Shown: positions 31,408 to 42,855, numbered from the stretch's first letter. The stretch: 64,000 nucleotides of DNA from Prochlorococcus sp. AG-402-L18 (GCA_003216725.1 QCIL01000004.1:26392-90391); one strand, 5' to 3'. A program made the numbers and translations. The notes: a model not told the origin generated them from the sequence alone.

Positions 31408-32046
31408 ATGAAAATATTAACTAAAAAAGAAGCACTTAATATTATAGATACTGCTTATTTGGCATCTCTATCATCCTTGATATGGTTAGCATTATATTAT
31501 CTGCCTATTGGAGGAGCTTTATTTAGAATTATATTACCACTCCCTATTATATTGTTGCATTTGAGAAGGGGCACTAAAACAGCTTTAGAGGGACTCATAA
31601 TACAATTTCTATTACTACTAATAATTATGGGTCCAGTTAGAGGAACTTTATTTTTGTTTCCCTATGGAATATTGGCGTTTTGGCTGGGATGGTGTTGGTT
31701 TAAAGAAAAAAATTGGTTAATTAGCTTCTCTGGTGGAGTTATATTAGGGACAATCGGTTTTTTTATAAGAGTTGCTGCTTTATCTACTTTGGTTGGTGAT
31801 AACCTTTGGATCATAATTACAAAAGCAAGTTTTGGCTTAATAGATAAGTTTATTGAAATATTTAATTTACCTTTTTCTCCTACCATTAAAATTATTCAGT
31901 TAGGTGCAATATTATTAATAATTTTTCAAGAAATGGTTTATGTACTTACAATTCATATTTTAGCTTATTCACTTTTCCCTAGATTAAATTCAAGTATTCC
32001 AAATCCACCAAAAATATTAAGCAGTTTGGTTGATTTGAACCCTTAA
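31408..32046 (+). CDS. DUF2232 family membrane protein
   Basis: Multi-TM protein with LPLPI.LL.LRRG and MGPVRG; precedes cobT. Confidence 0.75.
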   Translation: MKILTKKEALNIIDTAYLASLSSLIWLALYYLPIGGALFRIILPLPIILLHLRRGTKTALEGLIIQFLLLLIIMGPVRGTLFLFPYGILAFWLGWCWFKEKNWLISFSGGVILGTIGFFIRVAALSTLVGDNLWIIITKASFGLIDKFIEIFNLPFSPTIKIIQLGAILLIIFQEMVYVLTIHILAYSLFPRLNSSIPNPPKILSSLVDLNP

Positions 32047-32063
32047 TTTTTTAAATTAAAAGA

Positions 32064-33221
32064 ATGGATAAAGACAAATTTGGAATTAATTTTTTTGGGG
32101 TTAGGAACAATAAAAAGTCTATCAATAGAATTCTAGAAATCTTGCAAAAAAATATCAAAAATTTCAAAATTTATCTTGTAATTGCTGGGACTGATACTTC
32201 TCAGATAAAGGGGATCTCAGCAGCAGGTATTAGCGCAAATTCTAGAAAAAAAACTGCTCTTGCAGATGCAGAGTTTTTCCTAACTGGAGCTTCAAAGGAT
32301 CATAAATATAAATTACCTTTGCTAAATGCAGGCGTAACACCTGCTCTTATAAGTTTTGTTTGCTCAAAGCTTATATCTGCTAGTCCAATAGTTGTTCCTT
32401 TGGGAATACCGTTTAAACCCTCCTTTAGACATTTAGTAATAGAGGATCAATTTTCTGTTCCGGCAAGATCCTTAGTTACTGGTAAATCAATGCCTAGAGA
32501 GAGAGTTATAAATCTTTATAAAAAAGGAATTGAGATCGGAGAAGTTTCTAATAAACCGATACTAATAGCAGAATCAGTACCGGGAGGGACTACAACTGCT
32601 CAGGCAGTAATGCAAGCTTTTGGATTAAATGTCTCAAACTTAGTTGGGAGCAGCTTGTTTAAAGCACCAAGATTATTGAAAAATAAAGTAATTCAAATTG
32701 GCCTCTCAAAAGCAAATCTCAGAAATGGGTTTGACTCTTTTGATGTTATCTCAGCAGTGGGAGATCCTTTTCAAGCATTTTCTATGGGGTTATTGATAGG
32801 AGCACGATTAGCTAAGCAACCTGTCGTATTGTCTGGGGGAAGTCAAATGCTAGCTGTGATATTACTCGCATTGGAATTCATAGATAATGAAAGTAAAAAA
32901 GATTTTATAGAAAACGTTTTTTTAGCTACTACTGGTTGGCTAGTAAATGATGACTCTCTTGCTGATTTATTAAATCTAATTAATGAAAAATATGATATTA
33001 GCTTAGTAGGATTATCGAGTCCTTTAAATTTCAAATCAGCAAAATATAAAGAATTAAAAGATTATGAATTGGGTCATGTTAAGGAAGGGGTAGGTGCTGG
33101 TGGATTATCAATACTCGCTTTCTTAAATGGTTCTAAAAATAGTGAAATAGTTTCATTGTGTCAACTTAATCTAGAAAAGATGAAGGAGTTAGGTCAAATT
33201 TCTTTAGAGAGAGATTCTTAA
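32064..33221 (+). CDS. cobT: Nicotinate-nucleotide--dimethylbenzimidazole phosphoribosyltransferase (cyanobacterial/archaeal type)
   Basis: GISAAG, TPALIS, ESVPGGTTTA, GDP, GGSQM and VKEGVGAGG. Confidence 0.88.
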   Translation: MDKDKFGINFFGVRNNKKSINRILEILQKNIKNFKIYLVIAGTDTSQIKGISAAGISANSRKKTALADAEFFLTGASKDHKYKLPLLNAGVTPALISFVCSKLISASPIVVPLGIPFKPSFRHLVIEDQFSVPARSLVTGKSMPRERVINLYKKGIEIGEVSNKPILIAESVPGGTTTAQAVMQAFGLNVSNLVGSSLFKAPRLLKNKVIQIGLSKANLRNGFDSFDVISAVGDPFQAFSMGLLIGARLAKQPVVLSGGSQMLAVILLALEFIDNESKKDFIENVFLATTGWLVNDDSLADLLNLINEKYDISLVGLSSPLNFKSAKYKELKDYELGHVKEGVGAGGLSILAFLNGSKNSEIVSLCQLNLEKMKELGQISLERDS

Positions 33222-34220
33222 ATGTTTACAAAACATTCAACTAGAAGAGAATTTGTTAGATGTGGGGGGTTATTTTTTCTTCTACTGTTGAGCTCTTGTC
33301 GTAATTCCTCTCAGAGAGTTAAGATCGCTCTACAAAATTCGTTTTATCCTGATTCTTTTAAAGACATAATACCTAATAATTGGCAGCAAAATAATTTTAA
33401 TTTTGGGAGTATTAACAAAGAAAATAATGTAAGAATAATATTAGATTCTGAATTTATCTCAGTAAATGATGGATGGCTTGATAAAGTTGATTTTAATCAA
33501 TTTAAGACAATAGATGAAAGTTATTTTTTAGATAAGTTGGATAGAAGATCAAAAGATTTTTTAAATACTTTTGAAGAAAATAAAAGATATAAATTATTTC
33601 CAATTGGAGTTGTCCCTTATGCAGTAATTATAAAAAATAACAAAGACTTAATTAATTCGGCCAGAAAATCTTGGGATTTTCTCTTGTCTAAGAAATTAAC
33701 TAAGAAAATTATTTTACCTAATAGTCCAAGAATAATTTTATCCATAGCTGAAAAAATTAATGCATCTAATTCTTTAGATAAACTTAAAAAACAAGCTATG
33801 TTATTTGACGATCAAAATATACTTAATTGGTTAATAAATTCTGACGCTAGAGTTGCTATTGTCCCCTTTTCTCTTTGTTCAAAATACTTTAAACTTGACA
33901 CTAGGCTTTCAGTTGTTTTTCCTAATCAAGGTGTACCATTAATGTGGCATTTTATTCTTACTAGAACAAATCAAAAAAATGGGGTTTTAATTGATTGGAT
34001 AGAATCTTTAGAAAATAAATCAATAATTGATAAGTTATCGAATCAAGGTTGGTATTTACCATATAAAAACTATTACTCTCAAAGTAAGTTTAGAAATCAA
34101 ATTTCAAGTATTTCAGGTCCATCTTTGGAATGTTGGGAAAAAAGTTGGTCTTTCCCCCAATTAAGTAATATTCAAAAATTAAAATTAGAAAACTTATGGA
34201 ATAATTCTCTAACTCCATAA
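33222..34220 (+). CDS. Putative ABC substrate-binding lipoprotein (PotD-like)
   Basis: TRREF twin-arginine-like signal with LSSC lipobox; SW..L and P..G..LMW SBP-like motifs. Confidence 0.65.
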   Translation: MFTKHSTRREFVRCGGLFFLLLLSSCRNSSQRVKIALQNSFYPDSFKDIIPNNWQQNNFNFGSINKENNVRIILDSEFISVNDGWLDKVDFNQFKTIDESYFLDKLDRRSKDFLNTFEENKRYKLFPIGVVPYAVIIKNNKDLINSARKSWDFLLSKKLTKKIILPNSPRIILSIAEKINASNSLDKLKKQAMLFDDQNILNWLINSDARVAIVPFSLCSKYFKLDTRLSVVFPNQGVPLMWHFILTRTNQKNGVLIDWIESLENKSIIDKLSNQGWYLPYKNYYSQSKFRNQISSISGPSLECWEKSWSFPQLSNIQKLKLENLWNNSLTP

Positions 34221-35351
34221 TCGTTTTTTTGGTTTTTCAATTAATAAATTATGAGTCTCTTTTAATAAAACAGGTATATTTAATTTGCTTGGACACTTAG
34301 GTACACATTTATTACACTCTAAACAAAATGAAGAATTTTTTTCTTCCCACCAATGGCTAGCTCTCCCAATAAGGTTATATCTCTCTTTAGCAAACTCATA
34401 TTGGCCATAACCTATTGCGATATTTCTTAAACGCAGTATTTCCGGAATAGGAATTTCATTAGGGCATGGTAAGCATAATCTACATTGCTCACATTTTGTA
34501 GAATTTAATTTTTCATCTGCTACATTTTTAATTTTTTTAAGTGCGATAATTTCTTGTTTTGTAAGTTTTTTCTGAGAGTTCCTTAGTTTTTCTGCAAACT
34601 TGAAATCTTCTATTTTTGAAGCTCCTAAGGATAGAGTTGTAATACCTTTTGCTAAAAGAAATCTATATGCTAGTTCTAATGGATGGAACGGTTTAGAAGC
34701 CTCTAACAAAATATCACTGGGAGAATATAGTCTTCCACCCTTATCAGCTGGTGATATTGCTAAAACTCCCATACCTTTTTTTAAAGCTAATTCAGCCAGA
34801 GAGATTTTAGATTGATCTAAATAATGTAAATGCAAGTTACAAAAACTAAAAACTTCACAGTTAATTGCATCTTTAATTAGTGAATAACTTCCGTGCGAAC
34901 TAAAACCAACTTGATCAACTAGTTCCTTCTCAAGTATCCAAGATATGAATTTCTTACCCTCTCCAGCAATAACCCAATCTAGATGTTGTTTTAAGTTCAG
35001 TCCGTGAATTGCAAGATTATTAATTTTCTCGCGATTTAAATTTTTAAGAGATTTTTTAAAATTATTTTTTAAAAAGTCAAAATCACCATTTGGTAAAACT
35101 TTGGAAGTAATCACCCAATTATTTTCTTTTATATTCTCCTCTATTGCTAGTTTTTTTAATGAATTTCCAATAAGTGATTCAGCATTACCATAAGAGGGTG
35201 CTGTTTCTATGTGGTTAATTCCTACATAATATGCATTTTTTATTATGCTATACATTTTTTCGAGACTTTCAGTCGCTCGCATTGTCCCTAAAGTGAATAA
35301 GCTCACTTTCGCCCCTCTACCAAATGATCTTTTTTGTGAATTAATAATCAT
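34209..35351 (-). CDS. Aldo/keto reductase with C-terminal 4Fe-4S dicluster-like domain
   Basis: LGTMR, GINHIETAPSYG and GFSSHG; CEQCRLCLPCP and CLECNKCVPKCP. Confidence 0.88.
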   Translation of the reverse strand: MIINSQKRSFGRGAKVSLFTLGTMRATESLEKMYSIIKNAYYVGINHIETAPSYGNAESLIGNSLKKLAIEENIKENNWVITSKVLPNGDFDFLKNNFKKSLKNLNREKINNLAIHGLNLKQHLDWVIAGEGKKFISWILEKELVDQVGFSSHGSYSLIKDAINCEVFSFCNLHLHYLDQSKISLAELALKKGMGVLAISPADKGGRLYSPSDILLEASKPFHPLELAYRFLLAKGITTLSLGASKIEDFKFAEKLRNSQKKLTKQEIIALKKIKNVADEKLNSTKCEQCRLCLPCPNEIPIPEILRLRNIAIGYGQYEFAKERYNLIGRASHWWEEKNSSFCLECNKCVPKCPSKLNIPVLLKETHNLLIEKPKKRLWS

Positions 35352-35462
35352 CTAAATATGATCAATTTCTTTTTATTTAATCTTTAATTTATTTATAGTT
35401 GAAAATCATTTAAAGTAAATTAAAGTAAATACAAAATTTTGCAAAAATATTTTTTTAAATCT

Positions 35463-36116
35463 ATGTTTACAGGAATAATTCAATCAATTGGAAAACTAAA
35501 ACAAGAAAAAAATATTTTAGAAATTGAAATACTAGATAATTTATTTGATATGGCAATCGGTGACAGCATAGCTGTTGATGGGATTTGTTTGACAGTTAAA
35601 GAGATTTTTCAAAATAAATTTACTGTTGATGTTAGTGAGGAGACGTTAAAAAAAACAACTTTAGGATTAAAGTCGAACCTGAACCATATTGTTAATTTGG
35701 AGCCCGCTCTCAGGGTGTCTGACCGTCTAGGAGGGCATATAGTCAGCGGACATGTTGATGGCCTTGGAACAGTTGAGAATATAGAAAAATTAGAGAAATC
35801 TTGGCTCTTATCAATAAAGTGGAAAAATAAAAATTTTTCAAAATATGTAGTTAATAAAGGGAGTATTTGTGTAAATGGTATAAGTCTTACGATTGCAAAA
35901 TATAAGCTGGAAGGAGAAATATTTACTATTGCGATAATTCCTCATACATGGCATAACACAAATCTTAATAAATTAAATATCGGTGACAACGTAAACCTTG
36001 AGGCAGATGCACTAATTAAATATGTAGAGAAATTACTTTTTTTTAATAAAAATAGTAATCAAGATTTATCTTCAAATAATATTTCTTCGGAGTGGCTTAA
36101 AGAAAACGGTTGGTAA
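35463..36116 (+). CDS. ribE: Riboflavin synthase alpha chain
   Basis: Canonical MFTGII N-terminus (ATG 35463), GDSIAVDGICLTV and GGHIVSGHVDG. Confidence 0.96.
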   Translation: MFTGIIQSIGKLKQEKNILEIEILDNLFDMAIGDSIAVDGICLTVKEIFQNKFTVDVSEETLKKTTLGLKSNLNHIVNLEPALRVSDRLGGHIVSGHVDGLGTVENIEKLEKSWLLSIKWKNKNFSKYVVNKGSICVNGISLTIAKYKLEGEIFTIAIIPHTWHNTNLNKLNIGDNVNLEADALIKYVEKLLFFNKNSNQDLSSNNISSEWLKENGW

Positions 36117-36127
36117 AATATATTTTT

Positions 36128-36481
36128 TTAATTTAATGGAATCAGATAAATTGTTTTTGACTCTTTTTTTAGATCGATTTTAAATTCCTGACCAGGTTCT
36201 AGACCTAATTTTTTGGTGTAGGCATGACCAATTAATAGGTTCCCATTGCCATGAACTTTAGTTTTGAATTCTGTCTGTCTGCCTCTTGAAGCTCTATTAC
36301 CATTTTTTCCCTGACGACCATTTCCTATTTTATAGCCCTTAGCTTCGATAAGCGCCCTGTAAAAACTTTTTCTTAAGATTCTTCCGCTAGGACCTATGTA
36401 ACCACAACCTTTTGCTATCTCATCTTCAGATTTTTTACTTAATAATTTTGCTTTTTCAAGAAGTTCTTTTCCTTCTAGCAT
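36128..36481 (-). CDS. Cyanobacterial AbrB-like transcriptional regulator
   Basis: MLEGKELL...A..CGY and V..NGNLLIG.AYT..LGL.PG.EF. Confidence 0.88.
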   Translation of the reverse strand: MLEGKELLEKAKLLSKKSEDEIAKGCGYIGPSGRILRKSFYRALIEAKGYKIGNGRQGKNGNRASRGRQTEFKTKVHGNGNLLIGHAYTKKLGLEPGQEFKIDLKKESKTIYLIPLN

Positions 36482-36578
36482 TATCTGAGAAATTTCTAAC
36501 TATATATTCTTACTAAAAAGGAGAACTGTGGCAATATAAATTAATAAAAAATATATTTAATTTTTTAAAATTAAGTTT

Positions 36579-37181
36579 TTATAAAAGATACAAAATAATA
36601 AATAAAATAACCCATATTCCATCTACAAAATGCCAGTACAATTCAACTGCTTCCAATGGGAACATATTTTGACTAGTTAATCTTCCACCATTGATTCTCG
36701 ATTGCCAAGCAATAATTAAAATCATTAAAGTGCCCAAAGTGACATGTAATCCATGAAAACCAGTAAGAGCATAAAAAGTACTTGCAAATAAATTATCGGT
36801 TAATCCAAAAGGTAAATGAAAATATTCAAATAATTGACATATTAAAAATATAATTCCAAGAAAAGCAGTAAAAAACAACCATTTTTGGGAATCAGAGTTT
36901 TTATCTTTTAAAAGTGCTTTACCTGCTTTATGGAAAGTTGCACTACTAACAAGTAATAAAATTGTATTGAGTGTAGGTATTGGAAGTTCTAATTCATAAA
37001 TAGCACCATCAGGTAATGGATTTACTGCTTTATAAGTTAGATAAGCAGCAAAGAATCCTGCAAAAGTCATTCCGTCCGCAATTAGGAATGTTATAAGACC
37101 AAACATTCTAAAGTCTTCATGTTTTTCATTGACTTCAGAATTATTTTTTTGAATTTCTTTTGAGCTATCTAGAGTTGTCAT
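36579..37181 (-). CDS. ctaE: Cytochrome c oxidase subunit III
   Basis: TGFHGLHV and YWHFVD. Confidence 0.96.
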   Translation of the reverse strand: MTTLDSSKEIQKNNSEVNEKHEDFRMFGLITFLIADGMTFAGFFAAYLTYKAVNPLPDGAIYELELPIPTLNTILLLVSSATFHKAGKALLKDKNSDSQKWLFFTAFLGIIFLICQLFEYFHLPFGLTDNLFASTFYALTGFHGLHVTLGTLMILIIAWQSRINGGRLTSQNMFPLEAVELYWHFVDGIWVILFIILYLL

Positions 37182-37187
37182 ATGTTT

Positions 37188-38813
37188 TTATCTTTGTTCA
37201 GAAATTTCTTTACCATAACCATAAGGTTCTTCAACTAATGGAGCTTCTCCTTCCCAATTTTCAACTGGAGGTGGTGAAGATGTTAACCATTCAGGTGTAA
37301 GAGCATTCCAAGGGTTATCTCCAGCATCTTTTCCATTTCTAACACTAAGGAAAACATTAATTAAAAAAGGAATTGTGCTTATAGCCATTAAAAGGGCCCC
37401 AAGGCTACTAATTTGATTAACGAACTGGAATTGAGGATCATATTCAGCTACTCTTCTCGGCATTCCATTTAAGCCGAGCCAATGTTGAGGAGCAAAGCAC
37501 AAGTTAAATCCAATAAAGGTAATAATAAAATGTAAAATTCCGAATTTTTCATTTAGCATTTTCCCAGTTACCTTGGGGAACCAATGATATATCGATGAGA
37601 AAATAATAAAAACAGTCCCGCCATAAACTATATAATGAAAATGGGCTACAACAAAATAGGTATCATGTACGTGAATATCAAAAGGGACCTGTGCTAAAGC
37701 AACTCCTGTAATACCTCCAAAAACAAAATTTATAATAAATCCGCAAGAGAATAACATTGCACTATTGATTGAAATTTTACCTCCCCATAATGTTGCAACC
37801 CAATTGAAAAATTTTATTCCTGTGGGAACTGCAATAAATGCTGTCGCGATAGTAAAGAATAATCTCATCCAAGGGGGCGTTCCACTAGTAAACATGTGAT
37901 GAGCCCAAACAACTAAACCCAAAACAACTATCCCCATTATTGAAAAAACCATTGTTGTATATCCAAAAAGTGGTTTTCTAGCATGTACAGGAAGTATTTC
38001 ACTTACTAAACCAAAGGCAGGAAGTACCATAATGTATACAGCTGGATGAGAATAAAACCAAAATAAATGCTGATAAACTACTACATTGCCACCTAAAACA
38101 GGGTTGAAAAAACCTGTATTAGCGATGATATCGAAGCTAAGAAGAATTAAAGTGCCTGCTAAAACAGGAGTTGACAAAACAACTAATAGACTTGTTCCAA
38201 GCATTGCCCAACAATACATTGGTAATTGCATAAGTTTTAATCCGGGCCTTCTTAATTTGATAATGGTCGCGATAAAGTTGATTCCACCAAATATAGAACT
38301 GCCTCCAAGTAATAAAACGCTAAGAATCCAAATAATTTGTCCCGATTGAGGAGTAGTTATGCTCAAAGGAGGATAAGCTGTCCATCCAGCCTGAGCAGCT
38401 CCCTCAACAAAATAGCTCGCTACTAGCATCAAACCTGAAGGAGGAATTAACCAAAAAGCTACGGCATTTAATCTTGGGAATGCCATATCTCTCGCACCTA
38501 CATAAAATGGAATTAAATAATTTCCAAAAGCCCCGTTTACTACAGGCACTATCCAAAGGAATATCATTATTGTTCCATGCAGGGTTAAAACTTGGTTATA
38601 AACATCTCTTGGCATAAAATCAGACATTGGACTAGCCAGTTCAATTCTTATTGCGCTCGCTAAGGTTCCTCCTATTAAATAGAAAAGAAAACCGCAGACT
38701 AAATACTGTATCCCAATTACTTTATGATCAAGGCTAAAACTAAAGTACCTAAGCCAGCCTTTAGGTTGAAGGCTTTCATTATTAGTTTTTTGTGGATCAA
38801 TTGATATTGTCAT
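37188..38813 (-). CDS. ctaD: Cytochrome c oxidase subunit I
   Basis: DHKVIG, WFYSHPAVY, WAHHMF and VVAHFHY. Confidence 0.98.
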   Translation of the reverse strand: MTISIDPQKTNNESLQPKGWLRYFSFSLDHKVIGIQYLVCGFLFYLIGGTLASAIRIELASPMSDFMPRDVYNQVLTLHGTIMIFLWIVPVVNGAFGNYLIPFYVGARDMAFPRLNAVAFWLIPPSGLMLVASYFVEGAAQAGWTAYPPLSITTPQSGQIIWILSVLLLGGSSIFGGINFIATIIKLRRPGLKLMQLPMYCWAMLGTSLLVVLSTPVLAGTLILLSFDIIANTGFFNPVLGGNVVVYQHLFWFYSHPAVYIMVLPAFGLVSEILPVHARKPLFGYTTMVFSIMGIVVLGLVVWAHHMFTSGTPPWMRLFFTIATAFIAVPTGIKFFNWVATLWGGKISINSAMLFSCGFIINFVFGGITGVALAQVPFDIHVHDTYFVVAHFHYIVYGGTVFIIFSSIYHWFPKVTGKMLNEKFGILHFIITFIGFNLCFAPQHWLGLNGMPRRVAEYDPQFQFVNQISSLGALLMAISTIPFLINVFLSVRNGKDAGDNPWNALTPEWLTSSPPPVENWEGEAPLVEEPYGYGKEISEQR

Positions 38814-39613
38814 AAATTTACCTCTGTTTTTTTATTTTTGTTAAACCATTCGTTGTAATCAGATTCTTCTTCAACAATTATGGAGGCTCTCATTCCTCCA
38901 TGATATGGGCCACATAATTCTGCGCAAATTATCGGATATTTTCCTACTTTTGTAGGAGTGAAATTTAGAATAGTTGGTTGTCCAGGAATAATATCCTGTT
39001 TAATTCTGAACTCTGGTACCCAAAAAGCATGAATTACATCTTTAGATTCCATTTTCATTGATACTTTTTGGTCAACAGGAACGTGTAGTTCTCCTGATAT
39101 GAAATTGCCATTTGGATAATTGAATAGAAATGCAAATTGCATAGCTGAAACTTCAATTGATAAATTATTTATTGCTATTTCATTATCAGAAGTTTGACTT
39201 ATTCCAGCCCATATTTTTTCAGTGTTAGAACTCATCATTTCATGGTTATGATTTAGTTCTTTCATACCTCCCATTCGATCGTATATGTTGTAACTATATA
39301 AGCCTATTAATAAAACAATTATTGAAGGAATAATTGTCCATACAATTTCTAAGCTTAAATTTCCCTCTAAAGCTATACCATCGCCTATCTGATCATTTCT
39401 TTTCCTAAATTTAAATAAGCTATAAATAACTGCTATTGTCATTCCTATAAAAATAATTAATCCAATGATGAAAAGAATTTTAAAAAGTTCATCGTAAATT
39501 GGTGCATTTATACTTGCTTCAGCTGGGAGCAAATTTACATTAAAACCAATCCAAAAAGATATAGCAAAAACTAGCGAAATAATTAGTATTAAATAAATGT
39601 TTTTATTTAACAA
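38810..39613 (-). CDS. ctaC: Cytochrome c oxidase subunit II
   Basis: DVIHAFW and CAELCGPYHGGM CuA site. Confidence 0.97.
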   Translation of the reverse strand: MLNKNIYLILIISLVFAISFWIGFNVNLLPAEASINAPIYDELFKILFIIGLIIFIGMTIAVIYSLFKFRKRNDQIGDGIALEGNLSLEIVWTIIPSIIVLLIGLYSYNIYDRMGGMKELNHNHEMMSSNTEKIWAGISQTSDNEIAINNLSIEVSAMQFAFLFNYPNGNFISGELHVPVDQKVSMKMESKDVIHAFWVPEFRIKQDIIPGQPTILNFTPTKVGKYPIICAELCGPYHGGMRASIIVEEESDYNEWFNKNKKTEVNL

Positions 39614-39875
39614 TTGATTTTTAAAATTTGTTTTTATATCCTCAAGATATTCAATTTTTTTAATCCTGCATCCTTTGTTAAAAGAAAATCATTTAAATTC
39701 ACAACTTCTTAAGATTTTTTAAATAAAAGGCGTATTATTAATAACTTTTTAGAGTTAATTGTCAGGGAAAAAAGATTAAATTAGTAAATTATTTTTTAAA
39801 TTAAAGATATTAATTTTTAATTAATGTTTGGTTTTTGAATCTAATTTAATATGCAAAATAATAGGTTTTATCCAT

Positions 39876-40802
39876 TTGATTAATAACCAATTATATAAAC
39901 CAAAATATCTGACAATTTTTAAAAGGTTGGGAAGTCATAGTGTGCTTGCACTTATAGCGCTAATTTCAATTGGAGGTGCTACCAGAGTCATGGAGGCTGG
40001 ACTTGCATGTCCAGATTGGCCATTATGTTATGGATCTTTTTTGCCTATTAATCATATGAACCTGAGAGTTTTTCTAGAGTGGTTTCATCGTCTAGATGCT
40101 TTTCTGGTTGGGATATTAATTCTTTTTAAATTTATCCTTTCAATTATCTGGAAAAATGAAATTCCAAATTGGTTACCTAAAACTTATTCATTATTACTTT
40201 TTCTTGTTATTGTCCAAGGATCTTTTGGAGCTTTAACAGTTATAAATCTGCTTGACTCATATACTGTTACGGGCCATCTTTTAATAGCTTTTCTACTCCT
40301 CATTACAACAATTTCAATTAATCAAAATTTAGAAAATGACGAAATAGAAGAGGCATTAATTTGGTGGAGATTGTTATTGTTTGTTCCTCTTTTACTTACT
40401 TTGATTCAATCTTTTATTGGAGTAAGGCTTTCATCAACCTGGTCAGCACATATTTGCTTATCTTTTAACAAACAATGCCTAATTCTAAATACTCATAAAT
40501 TATTTGCTTTCCCAATTACTTTTTCAGTTCTATTGATTATTGCTACTGCAATTTACAAGAGAAGTTTGCTTACTGAAAATTGGAAATATCTCTCAGCACT
40601 TATTTTTCTATTGTTTTCCCAAATTGTTTTGGGTATTTTAAGTCTTAAAACAAATTTGAATGAACCTATTTTTATTATCGGTCATCAACTTAACGCTTCT
40701 TTATTTATTGCGATATTAACAACATTAATCTTTAGAAATCCTTTTACCAAAAAAGGTCTAAACCACTCCCTAAATTCTCAAATGGTTAATGTCAATTCAT
40801 GA
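39876..40802 (+). CDS. ctaA: Heme A synthase
   Basis: [19 protein letters not shown] and EWFHR. Start uncertain (TTG at 39876 or 39828). Confidence 0.9.
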   Translation: MINNQLYKPKYLTIFKRLGSHSVLALIALISIGGATRVMEAGLACPDWPLCYGSFLPINHMNLRVFLEWFHRLDAFLVGILILFKFILSIIWKNEIPNWLPKTYSLLLFLVIVQGSFGALTVINLLDSYTVTGHLLIAFLLLITTISINQNLENDEIEEALIWWRLLLFVPLLLTLIQSFIGVRLSSTWSAHICLSFNKQCLILNTHKLFAFPITFSVLLIIATAIYKRSLLTENWKYLSALIFLLFSQIVLGILSLKTNLNEPIFIIGHQLNASLFIAILTTLIFRNPFTKKGLNHSLNSQMVNVNS

Positions 40803-41800
40803 ATAGTAGTAACTTAGAAAACTTAAACTATAAATCTTCAATTAGGGATGAAGTTGTACCTTCAAGAAAAAGATTAACTTTGCCACCTTGGCTTGAAGTA
40901 GCAAAACCTAGATTAATCCCACTTTTACTGGCAACAACTTTAGGAGGAATGGCTTTAACAGAGGAATGGCCTTTGTCTTCACCGAAGCTTATCTGCACTT
41001 TAGGAGGCGGCGCTTTGGCAGCAGCAGCAGCAGGAGCCCTTAATTGCTTATGGGAAATGGAATTAGATAAAAGGATGACAAGAACTAGCAAAAGAGCATT
41101 GCCAGCAGGAAAGTTATCATCTGAGACTGTATTTTTAGCTGCCGTATCATGTACTTTGGCAGCTTCGATGCTTTTAGTAAGTGGTGTAAATTATTTAGCT
41201 GCGGGATTAACTCTTCTTGGTTTATTTAGCTATGTAATTTTATATACAGTTATTTTGAAACCTCGTACAACCAAAAATATTGTTTTCGGGGGAGTTGCTG
41301 GCGCGATACCACCTTTAGTTGGTGCATCTGCTGCCACAGGGCATGTAGGCCTTAGTGGTTGGTGGTTGTTTGGTTTAGTAATGTTATGGACTCCAGCTCA
41401 TTTTTGGGCACTTGCAATTTTATTGAAGGACGATTACGCATCTGTAGGTATTCCTATGCTCCCTTCTGTTAAAGGATCTGTTTTTACAGCTAAAGCGATT
41501 TCTCGTTATGGATGGGCAACAGTTTTAATGAGTATTATGGGAGTCTTTGCTTTACCTGAAGGGGGGTTATTATACGGAATTATGTTATTGCCATTTAATG
41601 GAAGACTTTTGCAATTAATAAATGAATTAAAGAAATCTCCTGATGATCTTTCAAGAGCAAAGTCTCTCTTTAGGTGGTCAATTCTCTATATGTTTGGTAT
41701 TTGCCTCTTGTTATTAATCTCTAGAACTCAACTTTCCGTAGAATTTGAGCAGCAATCTATGCAAATATTTTTATCTTTAGTATCCCTGCTTAGTAATTAA
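40799..41800 (+). CDS. ctaB: Protoheme IX farnesyltransferase (heme O synthase)
   Basis: KPR, D..M.RT..R.LP.G and [13 protein letters not shown]. Confidence 0.96.
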   Translation: MNSSNLENLNYKSSIRDEVVPSRKRLTLPPWLEVAKPRLIPLLLATTLGGMALTEEWPLSSPKLICTLGGGALAAAAAGALNCLWEMELDKRMTRTSKRALPAGKLSSETVFLAAVSCTLAASMLLVSGVNYLAAGLTLLGLFSYVILYTVILKPRTTKNIVFGGVAGAIPPLVGASAATGHVGLSGWWLFGLVMLWTPAHFWALAILLKDDYASVGIPMLPSVKGSVFTAKAISRYGWATVLMSIMGVFALPEGGLLYGIMLLPFNGRLLQLINELKKSPDDLSRAKSLFRWSILYMFGICLLLLISRTQLSVEFEQQSMQIFLSLVSLLSN

Positions 41801-41838
41801 ATTAGATGTAAAATGTTTTTTAAGAAATAGTAAGTTTG

Positions 41839-42855
41839 ATGAATTATATAAAAGTTAAAGGGCTCTCAAAATCTTATTCGGAAATCAAGGCTTTAAAAAA
41901 TTTATCAATGGAAATTGAAGCTGGAATAATATTCGGAATACTAGGTCCAAATGGTGCAGGCAAATCAACACTTATAAAAATACTCGCTACTTTAATAGAG
42001 CCTGATACTGGAGAAGTTTTAATAAATAATATTAATCTGATAAAAAATTCAAGGAAAATTAGAGAATTAATTGGTTATGTTGCCCAGGACATTGCACTCG
42101 ATAAAATATTAACTGGACGAGAGCTTTTGGATTTTCAATCAGATTTATATCACATCAACAAAAACAAAAAATTTGAAAGGATAAAGAAATTAATAGATCA
42201 ATTAGAAATGAATGATTGGATTGATCGTAAGTGCGGAACTTATTCAGGGGGAATGAAAAGAAGAATAGATCTTGCAGCTGGACTTTTACATTTGCCCCAA
42301 GTATTAATATTGGATGAACCTACAGTTGGTTTAGATATTGAAAGTAGAAATATCATATGGCAACTTTTGAAAGATTTGAGAAATAATGGAATGACTATTA
42401 TTTTAAGCAGTCACTATCTTGATGAAATAGATAAATTGGCAGATAAATTAGTAATAATTGATGATGGAATAGTTATAGCACAAGGGGCTCCTACAGAACT
42501 TAAAAATAAATTAGGAGGAGATAGAGTAACTTTGAAAGTAAGAGAATTTAGTAATCAGGAAGAAGCAAAAAATATATGCCAAATTTTATCTTCAATAGAT
42601 GGAATTAGTCAGATAATTATAAATGAAGCTCAAGGGTTCTCGATAAATTTTGTAGCAGATAAGGAAAAAGATTTACTCACGAAGCTCAAAGTGGAATTGG
42701 CCTTCTCAAAGTTTGAAATTTTTTCTCTTACCCAAAGTCAGCCAAGCTTGGATGATGTATATCTTCAGGCAACCGGGAAAACCTTATTGGATGCCGAAAT
42801 TTCTATGGCAGGGAAAAGAGACCTTAAAAAAGAATCAAAGCAATCAATGCGATAA
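41839..42855 (+). CDS. ABC-2 type exporter ATP-binding protein (DrrA-like)
   Basis: GPNGAGKST, YSGGMKRR and LDEPTVGLD. Confidence 0.92.
   Translation: MNYIKVKGLSKSYSEIKALKNLSMEIEAGIIFGILGPNGAGKSTLIKILATLIEPDTGEVLINNINLIKNSRKIRELIGYVAQDIALDKILTGRELLDFQSDLYHINKNKKFERIKKLIDQLEMNDWIDRKCGTYSGGMKRRIDLAAGLLHLPQVLILDEPTVGLDIESRNIIWQLLKDLRNNGMTIILSSHYLDEIDKLADKLVIIDDGIVIAQGAPTELKNKLGGDRVTLKVREFSNQEEAKNICQILSSIDGISQIIINEAQGFSINFVADKEKDLLTKLKVELAFSKFEIFSLTQSQPSLDDVYLQATGKTLLDAEISMAGKRDLKKESKQSMR

Noticed and set aside
39614-39875. CRP- or NtcA-like site in the ctaC/ctaA divergent promoter
   Set aside because: Only a TGTGA half-site is visible with no matching second half, so it cannot be distinguished from AT-rich background.
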